A model generated the notes under the pieces. The model saw only the letters and a list, made by a program, of their open reading frames with translations, was not told where the DNA came from and ran no database searches. Position numbers and translations under genes: made by a program. A stretch of DNA of 55,836 nucleotides. It comes from Chara braunii (lineage: Eukaryota; Plantae; Charophyceae). The stretch covers positions 4,785,719 to 4,841,554 of the forward strand of contig BFEA01000033.1 of the NCBI GenBank assembly GCA_003427395.1, in the 5' to 3' direction. This document shows, one piece after another, positions 34,419-47,684 of the stretch. Position 1 is the first letter of the stretch. The number at the start of each line of letters is the position of its first letter.

Positions 34419-35565
34419 ATGTCTAGCTTGGATTACTGTCCTTAGAGCTATAAGGCAACCACTCTTTGATAATCCAGGGATAAGGGATGATGGCCACCAT
34501 CCATGGACGCAAACCTCTAAGGACAGTACTTCATATCGTACACAGTGAACTCGGTGCGTTCACTGTGAAAGTAAAGCCTCGCGCACTGACTTCTTATTGC
34601 AATGGTGCACTCACTATGGAAGTAAAGGCCCGCACACTGCGTTCTTTTTGCAATTGTGCACCTCTAAGGACAGTAGATGACTGTCATGGGTCAGCCATGG
34701 GTAAGGGAATACAATCGGTTAAGAAAGTCACATAGGGAACGAGGGAAAAAGAGATCGGTTGAAGCAAAATGAACTTTAAAAACCCTTATCAAGAGATGTA
34801 GTCAATGCAGTTAGAACCTACCGGTGGGGGGTAGAAATTAACAAAATACTGAAGTAGTTAAATACCCCCATTTGCACCCCTCAATGGAACTGAAAGCTGG
34901 AAAGAGCTTCTCAAAGAGGAATTCCCCTGGAAGCCAGGGGAGTGGGGGCTAGAAATTAACGGAACACCCCCAAACTGGTCATATTATTTCTCTCACATAG
35001 ACGTGAGATGTTGAGAGATGAGAGAATGACTGACCGGCTAAATCAGCCACGGTAAGGCCTCAACGATATACCCAATAAAACATTCTCACACGCATGCCAA
35101 ATAAGCCATGAAAGCGAAAACGATGAAGCTCAAAAATCGTTCCAAAGAGCTATCTGAGATAGACGTAAACAAAAACATTGCTCATGATCAACCCACATGA
35201 GAGCCGAAGCCTCATACCACCAATCCATCCACAGTCTGGTGGCCATTCCCTACGTAGACGTGAAGCCGGTAACTTCTCTGTTGTGTTCGAAGTTCGAACC
35301 TTTTCCCAATTTCCCAAAACATCAGTTGCTCCAACTTCTATCTGACGTCTATTTTGAACAAAGACCCAGAAGAAGTCACCCTTAAAGTGAGAGTGATGGG
35401 GGCTGTCACCAAAATAATATACTTCAAACTGGATCACCGATCCACGAACCGGAGTTTGATCCAGCAGAATGGGGTTGGCACTTAGGAAAGGGCAGAAGAC
35501 GCCATACAGTCATACCACTAACAGAATATACAGTCAAATTGAGATATTATGACATGCTACTCAAG

Positions 35566-35770
35566 GGCAGAAGAAACCATACCGTCGTACCACGATGGAG
35601 GTAATGAATGCCGCCCTCTCGGGTCTCCCTGCCATAAAGGGGAGAAGCGTTGAGTGTGTTGTCCTCTGTACTTTGACTTGCCAGTAGAACAGGAACCGGA
35701 CTGACACTCCCCAGAATGGAAATAGAGCCAGAGCCATGGCACTCTGTTCTCAACGCCCCCCACCCCCCCA

Positions 35771-35833
<63 letters not shown>
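35566..35833 (+). mobile_element. Short non-LTR retroelement (SINE or 5'-truncated LINE) with ~60-nt poly(A) and TSD
   Basis: Direct repeat ATGCTACTCAAG at 35554-35565 and 35837-35848; long pure A tail. Confidence 0.8.
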
Positions 35834-35835
<2 letters not shown>

Positions 35836-35869
35836 GATGCTACTCAAGACAAAGAACCCTGCATCTACT

Positions 35870-36522
35870 GTCAATTGTAGAGAGAGCAGGTTAATGGAGG
35901 CCCGCAGGCAGAAATTAGAGCCCAATGGTCTTAAAGTAAAATTGCAATTCAAACTATGACTCAAAAACAGGATATTAAGAAGGTACTCCAGAAATTTCAA
36001 ACAAATTGGCTGGGGGAACGATCAGAAGGGAAGCTGGGAGAAGTGAAGTGGCCAAGGGGGGAAGGAGATGGAGGTTTCAAGAGAGACTATGATATCTTCT
36101 CCCACAACTGGTTCGATCTTCAACCAGGAGCCTTTTTGAGATCGCCTGATTCGTTCTGTGACCTCTTTCCTCTTCCAGACAATGTGATGGTGGATCTCAG
36201 ATGGTTTGGGTTAGATATATCATGAATCGTGGCTCACTTTAACTAGTTCGGGGGGTTGAGTTTTTAATGATCTATTCTTTTTTGTTACTCTGGATATAGG
36301 GGAAGGTATGATAAAATTTTGCTCGAAATTCCAGCATTATAGTTTATCTTCATTATCTTGATTAAGTGGGTAGAATTGCTAGGTTGACTCCATTTATCTG
36401 GCGGCCTAGAACGGCTGAAGAGGCAGGTTCTACTCTCAATTTATGATTCTTGATGGAACTTATGGGAACTTTGAAAGGGACGCTGGACCCGTTTTCCAGC
36501 AGGTGCAGCTCCCCACTAATAG
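35870..36522 (+). mobile_element. LINE 3' fragment (ORF2 extreme C-terminus plus 3' UTR with tail module)
   Basis: QKQDIKKVLQKFQTNWLGERSEGKLGEV is similar to TKQDIKQTITAFCLDWLGDQREGWIAQV in the 8.5 kb LINE. The module at 36477-36522 is cut by the adapter. Confidence 0.6.
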
Positions 36523-36560
36523 CTGTCTCTTATACACATCTAGATGTGTATAAGAGACAG
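36523..36560. other. Nextera mate-pair junction adapter; assembly artefact
   Basis: Exact CTGTCTCTTATACACATCTAGATGTGTATAAGAGACAG. Confidence 0.97.
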
Positions 36561-36777
36561 GGCGTAGGGAGGCTATGGAATACGGGGCAAGAGCCTGCCA
36601 CCTATGGAACCATGCAATGACTTGCTGGTTCCAGTGGCCTGCAGCCTCTCTTGTCGACGCTGTACTATAGGTAGGATAGATTCGTAATTTTGTTTGGCTG
36701 AGGGCTAACCGAGAGACCTACCTGTAGGGAAAATTCTTGAGGGACATATCTGTAAATTTGGGAAAACACAGGCCCGT

Positions 36778-37860
36778 ACTAATTGAAATTACCTACAGCG
36801 ACCCTAACTGCGAATAGCAGGCCCAGGCTACCTCTAGGACAGACAGGCCCTAAAGGCCTTTGCTGATAGACGGTCCTATAGCCTATAGCCGGACAGGTAG
36901 AGGTCGAGAGACCGAAACTGAAACGGTACCGGTCGGTCCAGTCAGTCCGGTCTAGGTCGTGTCTAGGCTAGTGTAGGTTATAGATAGGATGGGGACATCG
37001 GCTCAGGGCTTTTGGCGGTTGGTACCGTGTACATCGTTCCAGAGCAACGCATGAACTGGAAGTGGTGACAGCTTCAGCGTTGGTGGAGACGGACATAGCC
37101 AGACCTACTGTGCGTCGGCCATAGCTGGGACCTTCACTGTAGTCTGACAGCACGCGGGGCTGTACAGAGGTCTGGCCTATTCGAGGTCTGCTGGAGGCGA
37201 GAGAAGTTGGTGCCCTGCTGGACCCTCCTCAGGAGTAGGGTGTCAGGGTGTGTGACACTGCAGCTTGTCTTCCTCAGAGATCATCTTTGTCAGGAGTGGT
37301 GGCGCTGCTGCACACTTCCACCTGGGAAGTCATCTGGCACTTCATCATCATCAGACATTGTGGCACTGGTCTTCTTCTTCATTGTCTGAGTGGCGCTTGG
37401 CCTCAGAGGCCTGTTTCGGGGTGGCGATTCCCTCTGGAGGCAGTATTTGGGTGACGCTTGATGTTTCAGGGACTCAGGGGTAGTTCTAGCGGTTATTCAG
37501 GGTTGGGGAGTGAAGCGCTGCTCATTCCTTAGCAGTGCACCATGGTTTTGGGGTTATTCTGACATTTTGAGACTCTTGAGTTTAATAAACAGTGTTGATA
37601 CTGTGTTGGGACTATCTTTGCTTCATTGTTTATTGGATGTGATCTACTCGGCTTTCCTTTGTGGCTAGTTGTGAGGATTCTGTGGAGCGAATTGCACTGT
37701 CAGTGCTTTTTGACATATCGCATGGTCAAGTCTTCCACTGTGTTTATTTCTCCCTATGCGGTGTGATTCTCCCATCCTCTCCCATCCTCTCCCCTTCCTT
37801 ATGTGTATGTATGGGCATAGAGTGTTGGTCATTTGACAACAAGCAACCAGGATCATAACA
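36778..37860 (+). repeat. 5' LTR (probably extends left to the adapter at 36561)
   Basis: Colinear with 44289-45341; ends in ...CATAACA just before the PBS. Confidence 0.88.
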
Positions 37861-37862
37861 TT

Positions 37863-37874
37863 TGGTATCAGAGC
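37863..37874 (+). promoter_or_regulatory. Primer binding site (initiator tRNA-Met)
   Basis: TGGTATCAGAGC, 2 nt after the LTR end. Confidence 0.9.
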
Positions 37875-39375
37875 GATTGGATCCAGACAGTGAAGCGATT
37901 GATGAGTTGGAGCAACTACCACTATCTCGCGAGACATTGGAGTTGAATTTCATAGCGATTTGTCATCTTCAGGGTTGGCGACAGTGAGGGTGGTGGTGGT
38001 GAGTGTGTGGCGAGAAGTATTGGACAGAGGGTGACACACTCCTGTGTAGGGTTATGCAGGAGTGAGTGGCGATTGTTGCTCTGAGGCCTGAGAGGCTCTA
38101 TGGAGGCTATTTTCAGCCTGGCGACTCGTTTGGAAACTGGCGATTGGTAAGGAAGTGATCCCAGGGTGTTGCGATTATGGAATTGGGTTAGGATCCCCAA
38201 TTTCCAAGCAACGCAGTACAGGGTAAAGTGGCGAAGTGGCGCTGCACCGAGTTTCGCAGTTATCAGGAGTCCAGATCAAGTGAATCTGTCAGTTGTGGGT
38301 GAAGCGCCTCAGGGAGAACTACAGGATCAACAAGTTTGAGGAAGTTTGGTACGTGGAACACTGGTAATCATCAGAGATGAAATTGGCGAGATGGGGTTGA
38401 GCAGACAGTCATAGCCAGGGTTACACTCATCTTCTTAAGAGATGTCCTTGAAGTAAGGGTGTTCCCTACTCTACTCTGTGTGGCGATTTTTGAGCTATTT
38501 TTAGAATAGCGAAATTTGTTCTGTCAGCCAATAGACAGTTGAAAATCGAAATTCAGACTGTGGGACAGACATATTCAATTTCCCCTACCTATCTTCTTTG
38601 AGTTCTACTAACCCGGTTTGACCCTCCTTCTGACTCAATTTCCATTTGTGACTGCTCTACAGTGTTGCGGTTCATCATGTACTGTGAATTGAATTGTTCA
38701 GGGTCCTGCTGTCAGCAATATTGGTGATTTGAGTTCTGCCTGCCATAGCTGAAGCTCAACTAGACTAGGGTGAGTCATAACTTTGGTTCTGTCCGTCAGA
38801 ATTCAATTCTATCAGTCCCTGGTAAATCGGAATTCAGTATACCGTCAGTGTCTGAAATCGCACAATCAGATCTGATGTTTTGAGTCAAATACAGTGTAAT
38901 TTGTACTTCGCCATACCCTAGGTATGGCATACAGGGTCATCCATTGCTGAGGTCAGTAGGGAGTAAGTCTAAAAATAGGTTCCCTAGTAAATCGCTGCAT
39001 CTTGGTCAACAACAGATGTTTGTCTATCCCTAATTGGTCACTTTGTCTAATTACTAATCACTACTAATCAGTCCAGGACTACATCCTGCACTGAATTAAT
39101 ACAGAATTTGCAGTTATTGCATGCAATTGATGTGTCAGGGCAGTGAATGGAAAATCGTGAAATAATTTTTTGTTGAGTCATCTCTAATCTGACCCTGACC
39201 CTCAAGCGGTCGGCAGAGACTGAGCACTCACTTGCTTAGATTAACCACTTTCTCTCTCCAGTCAGGTGACAACAATTGGGCGAGTACCGCAAAGAAAACC
39301 CAATTCCTGTTACTTCCATCTTTGTCTGTTGATTATTTTTATTTTTATTTTTATTTTCTATATTTTGGGAATTTG

Positions 39376-40890
39376 AAGATATCTGGTTCAGAGAAGGGAG
39401 AGGCTTCTGAGGTGAAGCCTGGGATTCCTCTTGACCCTTTAGAGGTTGAACTGCGTGCTGAGGAGGAGAAACTCCGCCAACAGGCACAAGCAGTTGAAAC
39501 TCTAAAGGTTGAGCTAAAAAGGAAGGAGGAAACCGCCAAAAAGGAGACTAGAAGGCGGGAGTTGACAACAGATGTGGAGAAGGTCAGGCTGAGTAGCAGC
39601 TCCAGTAAGTATAATAAGGATATTGCTGAATTCGTCCTCTTACAGGATGATATTCACCAATCCTATTGTACCAACTGGGATGCTAGGATCACCAGTCTGA
39701 AGGAAAGCATGGCAAAACATACAAAGCAGTTGAATGACATCTCCTCCAAACTTTATCGTTTTTTTGTTCATCTGCAGATTCCAACCACCCAGGCTGTTCC
39801 TACATCTCCTGGGCCCCCTCAAGCAGAACCTCAACAAACCCCACAATCCAGACCTACATCTCCTCCCTCTCCACCCAAGTCAACAACACCTGCCCAGCCC
39901 TCAGGTCCATTTGACATGCAGCGGCCCAAGCTTACCTCTCCACCTATGTTCTCTGGCGAGGACCCAAAGGTGGATGTTGTAGACTGGGCCACTGCGCAAT
40001 GAACCTACCTGAGTGGGTTCAAATGTAATGAGGACGTGAAGGTGAGTGCCATCCTGGCTCGATTGGGGAGGACTACACTGAAATGGTGCATCTCTACCTC
40101 CAGCAAGCAGGGGATGAAGATGGCTGACTGGGCGCAGAGGCTGGCGGTGGCACGTTTTCTGCAGGCACTGCAGGATAGGTTTGAAGACAAAGAGCAGAGC
40201 AGGAAAGCAACAGATAAAATTATGCGCCTGGGCCAAAAGAATTTGGATGACCCCTTGTCCAAACTCTATTCCACCTTTGAGAGTCTTACATCGACTCCTG
40301 GGTTGGAGATGAGGGAGCGGGATCTGCTCATTCACTTCCTAAGGGTAGAGCATGAGCCATACCATATTGCTCTTTTCTTTCAGGGCTACAAGGACTGGCG
40401 GTCCTTTGGCAGAGCAGTCCTGGATCTGGAGTCCAAACTTCATGTCCAGGAAGCACCTTCTTAAGGAAGGAAGGGGCCCTCCTCAAAGGGGCGTAGAAGG
40501 AGAAAGGGTGCCCTGTTTGCTGCAGCTTCGAGTTCAAATGATGATGCAGCCTCCCAGGGTGGGACCCCTCCATCTGGGACTGCTTCCTCATCTGCTGCAG
40601 ATTCTGTTGTTCTTGCCCTGACGGATGCTTTGATGGGTTTGACCAGGGATAAAGCCCCAACTCAGAAAGTACCAACCAACAGCAAGGGGAAAGGTAAGGG
40701 GCGTGCCTCTTCCCCTAGTGCCAGAGAGTTCCTCTACCACGAAACACCCGCTGGCTAGCTGACCCTCTTGATCCCTCCACCTTCTCCTGACATGCACTCA
40801 GGATCCAGGACGGAGTTTGGAGGAAGAGGAAGGACAAGGGTGTCTGCCTGAGGTGCGCAGGGGACCATTTTCTGAAAGACTGTCCCAGCA
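39376..40890 (+). pseudogene. gag: gag (disrupted)
   Basis: Coiled-coil region, PKLTSPPMFSGED, capsid-like segment, zinc knuckle CLRCAGDHFLKDC at about 40846-40885; in-frame stops. Confidence 0.75.
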
Positions 40891-41055
40891 TGCATCGCAG
40901 GTCTACAGACAACTCTATTTCAAAAAACTAGAGCAGAGAGAGGTGGAAGTAACAGTGCTGATTCACCTTTTGATGAAGATGACTCTTTACATTCTCTCGC
41001 TGATTCGTTTTGTGGAGTTCCATCTTCATGGTCCTTCATTTTTTAGGACACTGAG

Positions 41056-44000
41056 TTGGATGAGACGTGGGAGGAGGATGAGTCCCAGAGCCTTGTTGAT
41101 CGCTTCCTGTCCTTGCAGGAAACAAAGAAGCACAGGTCAGACCTCATCCTGCTTCGACCCTCTATCCTGGGAGCCAAATTCAAAGGGCTCTTGGATTGTG
41201 GGGCTACTCACAATTTTATGTCTTCGAAGACAGTCAACATGCTGCACTTGGATCAGAGACTAGTAAAGTTGCGACAACCTATTGAGGTTCCCATAGGCGA
41301 CTCATCTACAGTCAGGATTACTACTGTTGTCAAGGGTCTACCAATGGCCTTTGATAAGCAGGGATAAATTAGGCATCACGTAAATTTTTATGTGTTCCCG
41401 GATGTCCCCTTTGACCTTGTGTTCTCTATGCAGTGGCTTAGTGCCACCAACCCCAGGATCGACTGGCGGATTCCTAGGGTTGATCTACCTGACCGGCATG
41501 GGGTCTATCGCCCCTGTATGCTTGCTGATGAGTATCATCCGACCAGTAACTGTTTTTGCATGCGTGCTCGCAGTTTTATGCACCTTTCACGCTAGACTGC
41601 GCGTCTGTTTGTGGCTTATGTCAAACAAACTGATGTGGAGACTGCTCGTGTCCCTTTCAAATTCAGCAGGTTGTTGACCGATTCTCAAATCTTATGCAGG
41701 AACCGACTGAACTTGTCCATAGGCAAACCAAACATAAGATTGAGCTCCTACCTGGTTCGGTCCCTCCCAAGGGCCGGGTCTACATGATGTCACCTGTTGA
41801 ACTTGACGAGCTCAGGAAACAATTAGAGACCTTGACCAGCAAGGGCTAGATTCGACCAAACACATCTGAGTTTGGGCCACCAGTTCTCTTTGTTCCAAAG
41901 GGAAATGGTGAGTTCAGAATGTGAGTGGACTACAGAGGTCTCAATAAGATAACGAGGAAGTCTACAAAGCCTCTTCCTCGTATTGATCATCTGCAGGGCT
42001 GCACAATCTTCAGCAAGATCGACCTCAAATTTGGTTATCACCAGATTGAGATAGCTGAAGGTGATGTCCACAAGACAACCTTCAAGACCAGGTATGGTAC
42101 TTATGAGTATCTGGTCATGCAATTCGGTCTTTGCAATGCTCCAGGCACTTTCCAAACAGAGATGCATCGCAAACTCAGACCTTACCTGGACAAGTTCGTA
42201 ATTGTCTACTTGGATGATATATTGGTATTCAGTCGTTCTGTCTAGGAGCATGCGCAATATTTAGCTCTGGTCCTCCAGGCCTTACATGATAACCAGTACA
42301 AGATTAACAAGGATAAGTCCTCTTTTGAAGTTTCCTCTATAGTCTATCTGGATCATGTCATTTCTGGAGAGGGGTTGACTCCTGAGGCAACGAAAGTTGT
42401 TGCTGTTAAGGACTGACCGAAGCCTGTTAACATTCGTGATGTCTAGTCTTTCTTGGGTCTTGCATCATATTACAAAAAGTTCATTAAGAACTTCTCTTCC
42501 ACCCCTGACTGACCTCATAAACAAAGACACTTCCTTTCTTTGGACACCAGAATGTCAGGAGGCTTTCACACGTCTCAAGGAGGCTTTGATTCGTACTCCT
42601 GTGTTGAAGTTACCTGATCCTACCTTACCATTTCTGCTAACCACTGATGCGAGTCAGTATGGTGTAGGAGCGGTACTTCAACAGGATGATGGGAATGGTC
42701 TGCAACCTGTCAAGTACATGAACAAAAATATCAAAGACAAGGAGTTGCATGACTCTACCTATGAGAAACAACTTTATGCTCTTGTGTCAGCGCTCAAGCA
42801 TTGGAAACACTTCCTCCTGGGCAGCCACTTCAAAATCTTTTCAGATCACTCCACCCTTCAGTGGATGAAGTCCCAGGGAGAATTGAATGACAAACTTGCT
42901 CGCTATATTCAGTTCATTGACTTGTTTGACTTTGAACTAAAATACAAGAAGGGCTGCTTCAATTGTGTAGCAGACACCCTTTCTCGTAGGTGTGACACTC
43001 TCTTTTTGATCTCCTTTACTCACTCATTTGTAGAGAAGACTCGTCAGACCATTGCCCGTCTGTTGCCCCAGGACCCAATTTTTGGGCCTATAGTGAGGAA
43101 TCTTCAGGAGGATCCTGCCTCTGAGCTAGGATATGCTGATGTCAGAGTGTCATGCTCGTGGCCATTTTGGTGCCCTCAAATCGTATGCGGCCCTGTCACA
43201 ACGCTTCTTCTGGAAGGAGATGAAGAGTGACATGCTGCACTATGTGGAAACCTGTGAGTTATGCCGAACGAATAAGGTGGTTCGCAGACATCCTTTTGGC
43301 TTACTCAAACCACTACGTATCCCCGAAGCACCTGCATAGTCAGTATCTATTGCTTTCACTGATCTGGGGAGGACCACACTTCGTGGTATGCGTCAAGTTA
43401 TGGTATGTGTGAATCGGTTTTCCAAATATGCAGAGTTCATCCCCTTACCAGCTGAGGCCCGTGTTCCAACCGTTCAGGCGACTTTTGCTGACAAGTGGGT
43501 TACACATCATGGACCTCCCACCTCGATAGTTAGTGACCGGGATCCCAGGTTTTGCAGTAATGAATGGCAATCCTACTGTAGGGATTACCTTCATTCTCGT
43601 CTGGATATGACATCTGGTCGTCATCCTGAAGCCAGTGGTCAGGATGAAGTGATGAACCATATTCTATTTCAGCTGCTGCGTCCTGTGATCAGTACGGACC
43701 AGTAGGAATGGGATCTCCATTTGGGTCGTGCACAACTTGTGTATAACACCTCTGTACACTCCTCTATCGACTTTACACCCTACCGGTTACACTGGGGTCT
43801 TGAGCCACGACAGCCCCTCGATGATATCATCGACAAGGCTACCCATACGTTGACGCCTGAAACTGCAGAGTTCACTAGATGTTACAGTGTGGACATTGAG
43901 CACGCCCGTGCCAACGGGCTGAAAGCTCAAAAGGCTATGATTCAGCAGCCTAATCGGCATAGACGTCCTTCGATTATGCACAGGTGACTGGGTGTGGGTA

Positions 44001-44288
44001 CTCAGTTCTGAGTTATCATGAGAGCAAGACATTTTGCCTAAGCTGATGCCACGATACATGGGTCCATGGCAGCATTGGCAGGTCTTAGATACAGTGGGAG
44101 TTGATTCTTTTGGACCATCCTATAGTGTGGATGTCCCTCTGCATCTACAAACCTACCCTGACTTCCATGCATCCAAGCTGTTGCCATTCACATCAACTGA
44201 TGCATTCCCAGACATGCCTCCTCAATTTGGTCCCCCGATCCCTGGTAAGGAATATGAGGTGGAATTAATTGAGGATGAGTGTGATACA
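41056..44288 (+). pseudogene. pol: pol (protease, RT, RNase H, integrase, truncated chromodomain), many stops and frameshifts
   Basis: LLDCGATHNF; [23 protein letters not shown]; TTDASQYGVGAVL, FSDHSTL; IVSDRDPRF; KLMPRYMGPW..FHASKLLPF; EYEVELI. Confidence 0.92.
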
Positions 44289-45341
44289 ACTAATTGAAAT
44301 TACCTACAACTACCCTAACTGCGAATAACAGGCGCGGGCTACCCCTAGGACAGATAGGCCCTAAGGGCCTATGTTGATAGACGGTCCTATAGCCTATAGC
44401 CGGGCAGGTAGAGGCCGCGAGGCCGAAATTGAAATGGTACCGGTCTGTCCAGTCAGTCCGGTCTAGGTCGTGTCTAGGCTAGTGTAGGTTATATATAGGA
44501 TGGGGACATCGGTTCAGGGCTTTTGGCAGTTGGTGCCGTGTACATCGCTGCAGAGCAACACATGAACTGGAAGTGGTGACAACTTCAGCATTGGTGGAGA
44601 CGGACATAGCTAGACCTGCGGAGCGTCGGCCATAGCTGGGACCTGCCCTGTACTCTGACAGCTCGCGGGGCTGAACAAAGGTCTGGGCTATTCGAGGTTT
44701 GTTGGAGGCGAGAGTTGGTGCCCTGCTGGACCCTCCTCAGGAGTAGGGTGTCAGGGTGTGTGACGCTGCAGCCATAGCTGCAGCTTGTCTTCCTCAGAGA
44801 TCATCTTTGTCAGGAGTGGTGGCGCTGCTGCAGACTTCCACTCGGGAACTCATCTGGCACTTCATCATCATCAGACAATGTGGCACTGGTCTTCTTCTTC
44901 ATCCTTGAGTGGCGCTTGTCCTCAAAGGCCTGTTTCAAGGTGGTGCTTCCCTCTGGAGGCAGTATTTGGGTGGCGCTTGATGTTTCAGGGACTCAGGGGT
45001 AGTTCTAGCGGTTATTCAGGGTTGGGGAGTGAAGCGCTGCTCATTCCTGAGAAGCGCACCATGGTTTTGGGGTTATTCTGACATTTCGAGACGCTGTGTT
45101 GGGACTATCTTTGCTTCATTGTTTCATGGATGGGATCTACTCAACTTTCCTTTGTGACCGGTTGTGAGGATTCTGTGGAGCGAATTGCACTGTCAGTGCT
45201 TTTTGTCATATCGCATGGTCAAGTCTTCCACTGTGTTTATTTCTCCCTGTGCGGTGTGATTCTCCCATCCTCTCCCCTTCCTTCTGTGTATGTATGGGCA
45301 TACCTGGAAGTCTATGTGAGCGAGTGTTGGTCATTTGACAA
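44289..45341 (+). repeat. 3' LTR, truncated at both ends
   Basis: Homology to the 5' LTR runs from ACTAATTGAAATTACC to GGTCATTTGACAA. Confidence 0.88.
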
Positions 45342-45371
45342 AAAACCCATAAAATTTGACCCCCAAACCCT

Positions 45372-45923
45372 TATTTCAGTTTGGACCCGTTAGTCAGGAG
45401 CTGAAAGTGGGGTTCCCCGTTAACCACATGTGAGTTGGGACCATTGGCGGATGTGGTCAGTGCTTTCTTGTTGGTGGAGCCTTCTGTGTTGAGTATGTTG
45501 CCTTTTGCACTTCGCTGACCCTTTTTTCTTCGTGCGACAGGCAATCTCAGGGTGACAGGGGACCTCAATTTCACTGGCATCCTTAGGCTGGGAGGGGGTT
45601 TTAAGGAGTGTCTAGGTAATTCTGTATGGGTTTCGCCAGTTGCAATTGGAGTCACAGGGATTATGTAACCTCGCCTATAAATAGGCGGACCGTTAATCCC
45701 CTGTGAAGAGGGCAATCAATGCTATTCCGCATGATATGACTGTTTGACATGACCTGCTCCAGTACTGTAAGTGGGACACTGGACCCGGTTTCCAGCAGGT
45801 GCCGTTCCCCACCAATAGATTGGAGCCATCTATCACTAGGGGCCTACTATTGGGGGATGCTGATATGACTTCCAATAGTAGGCCCCCGCAGATGTTTTTC
45901 ACAAAAAAAAAGCAAAAAAAAAA
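45372..45923 (+). mobile_element. Non-LTR 3' UTR/tail element with poly(A)
   Basis: 45372-45425 matches 15260-15313. Motif A at 45685-45730, module at 45773-45827, 15-bp perfect hairpin at 45839-45886, A-tail at 45903-45923. Confidence 0.7.
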
Positions 45924-46183
45924 CAAAGTTACAAACATGATACATATATAATTTGTGCAAGTCGGTCGCTTCAACGGTGGACGAGTGTGTGGGCACTTGG
46001 TGCTTAACCACACAATTTGTGGCTAACCTTGCATCTTGTACTATATTGCCTATTTAATATCTATACCTTTTTTTGGTTTCATGGGTGGTTTGTGATGATT
46101 TGTGGATGGAATGAGAGTCATTGAGAGAGAGTTTTTTTTTCTTTTTCTTTCAAAACACACACACACACACACACACAGACACA

Positions 46184-46249
<66 letters not shown>

Positions 46250-46299
46250 NNNNNNNNNNNNNNNNNNNNNNNNNNNNNNNNNNNNNNNNNNNNNNNNNN
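46250..46299. other. Assembly gap (N)
   Basis: Run of N. Confidence 1.
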
Positions 46300-46680
46300 A
46301 GGAATGCCACTGACTAGTCAGAACTGACAGGTCACACTGCAAGTCTGGGCTTGGCATCACACTAATACTCCAATTTTTTTATTTATTTTTTGTCGTCCTT
46401 TTTCAAAGACAGATTGTAGTGCTGCCGTGCCTTGGTGCAAAAATGCCTGACAAGTATATTGAACTCAAACGGACTGTGGCCGTTCCTCATGGGCCTGCCT
46501 GCACCCAGTTCAATTCATTGAATTCATTCATGATAAAATATTAAGATGCGTTCACAGGTGTGCTGATGGGTCTCACGGACTGGTGGTTTTAATGCCAACC
46601 AATATGAAGGGTTTATTTTCCGTTTAGGGTTTGGGTTAAAAAAAAAAAAACAAAAAAAAAATCGATAAAAGTGAAAAAAA

Positions 46681-47652
46681 GTGATCCTCGACTCGGAAAC
46701 ACAGACAGAAGCCCTTCAATCCAAATGGGTCTTCAAGCTGCTGACCCAACACAACCGCCCCTGGACCTTGCTGGGCCTTGGTGGTATCAGGCGATTGTCC
46801 AAGGTCCGTACACCCAGCAACATGCAGGGCCTCTTCTGGATCATGTCCAAATCCTGGGCAAGCCGCCGAAGGGAGGCACAGGGCACAGACAACATGACCA
46901 GCAGCAGGGCCTCCACCAGGCGGACAGCTAGGACTATGGCTGGCAACCCATGAGGACATGGAGGGAAATACTCCCAGCGAAGGTCAGTAGGTGCTAAGTC
47001 AGCCTCTATTCTGCAACCAGTGGCTCAAAGACAGGCCTGACAAGCCATGGACCTCGACATCGCGGGACGGCAGATGGACTACATGGGTGGAGAGAGGTGA
47101 GAGGTGTTTGGCAGACAAAGCATTAATGGGACGAAGATCACAAAGGATGGAAAACCCACACGGAGCTCCAGTACCTCCTGAGGGGATGCCATAATCTGCA
47201 ACCGACCTTGAACGACCTTGTGTTGTCCGTCCCCCAGGCACAGACTGCACTAGTCAAAACGAGGCCTTCCTGGACCGCACGCAAATAGGCGACTAAGTCT
47301 TGGGATTGGGAGGATGCCCCCCCCCCCCATCGTAGCCCTGTCCTTTATCAAAAAGGGAGGGCCCGAGGGGGGGGTGGAGGGGGGAGTGGGGCCTGATGGG
47401 AATCTATGACATCGCGGAGCCGGGCCAAACTCTCAGTCAGGTCAATGAAACATGTAGGGCACATGTTTTGGTGAGACTCCACCTTCTCGGGAAAATCAGG
47501 ATAGTAAAAGATGGAGACTACAGGGTGTACGGACCCGCCATGCGTAGGCTAACGCCTACTTTGGGTTACAAACGAGCAGGTAGCCTATAAGTAGATATAT
47601 TGCTAGGCTTCAGTTTACTGAAAACTGACTTAGTGTCCTTCGGGACATCCGT

Positions 47653-47684
<32 letters not shown>

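Larger units (their letters stand above)
36561..45341 (+). mobile_element. Degenerate Ty3/Gypsy LTR retrotransposon (chromovirus-like)
   Basis: Paired LTRs, iMet PBS, gag-PR-RT-RH-IN order, GPY/F motif and start of a chromodomain. Confidence 0.93.

Noticed and set aside
46622-46637. Telomere-like TTTAGGG words (also near 49191)
   Set aside because: Only one or two units; consistent with chance.
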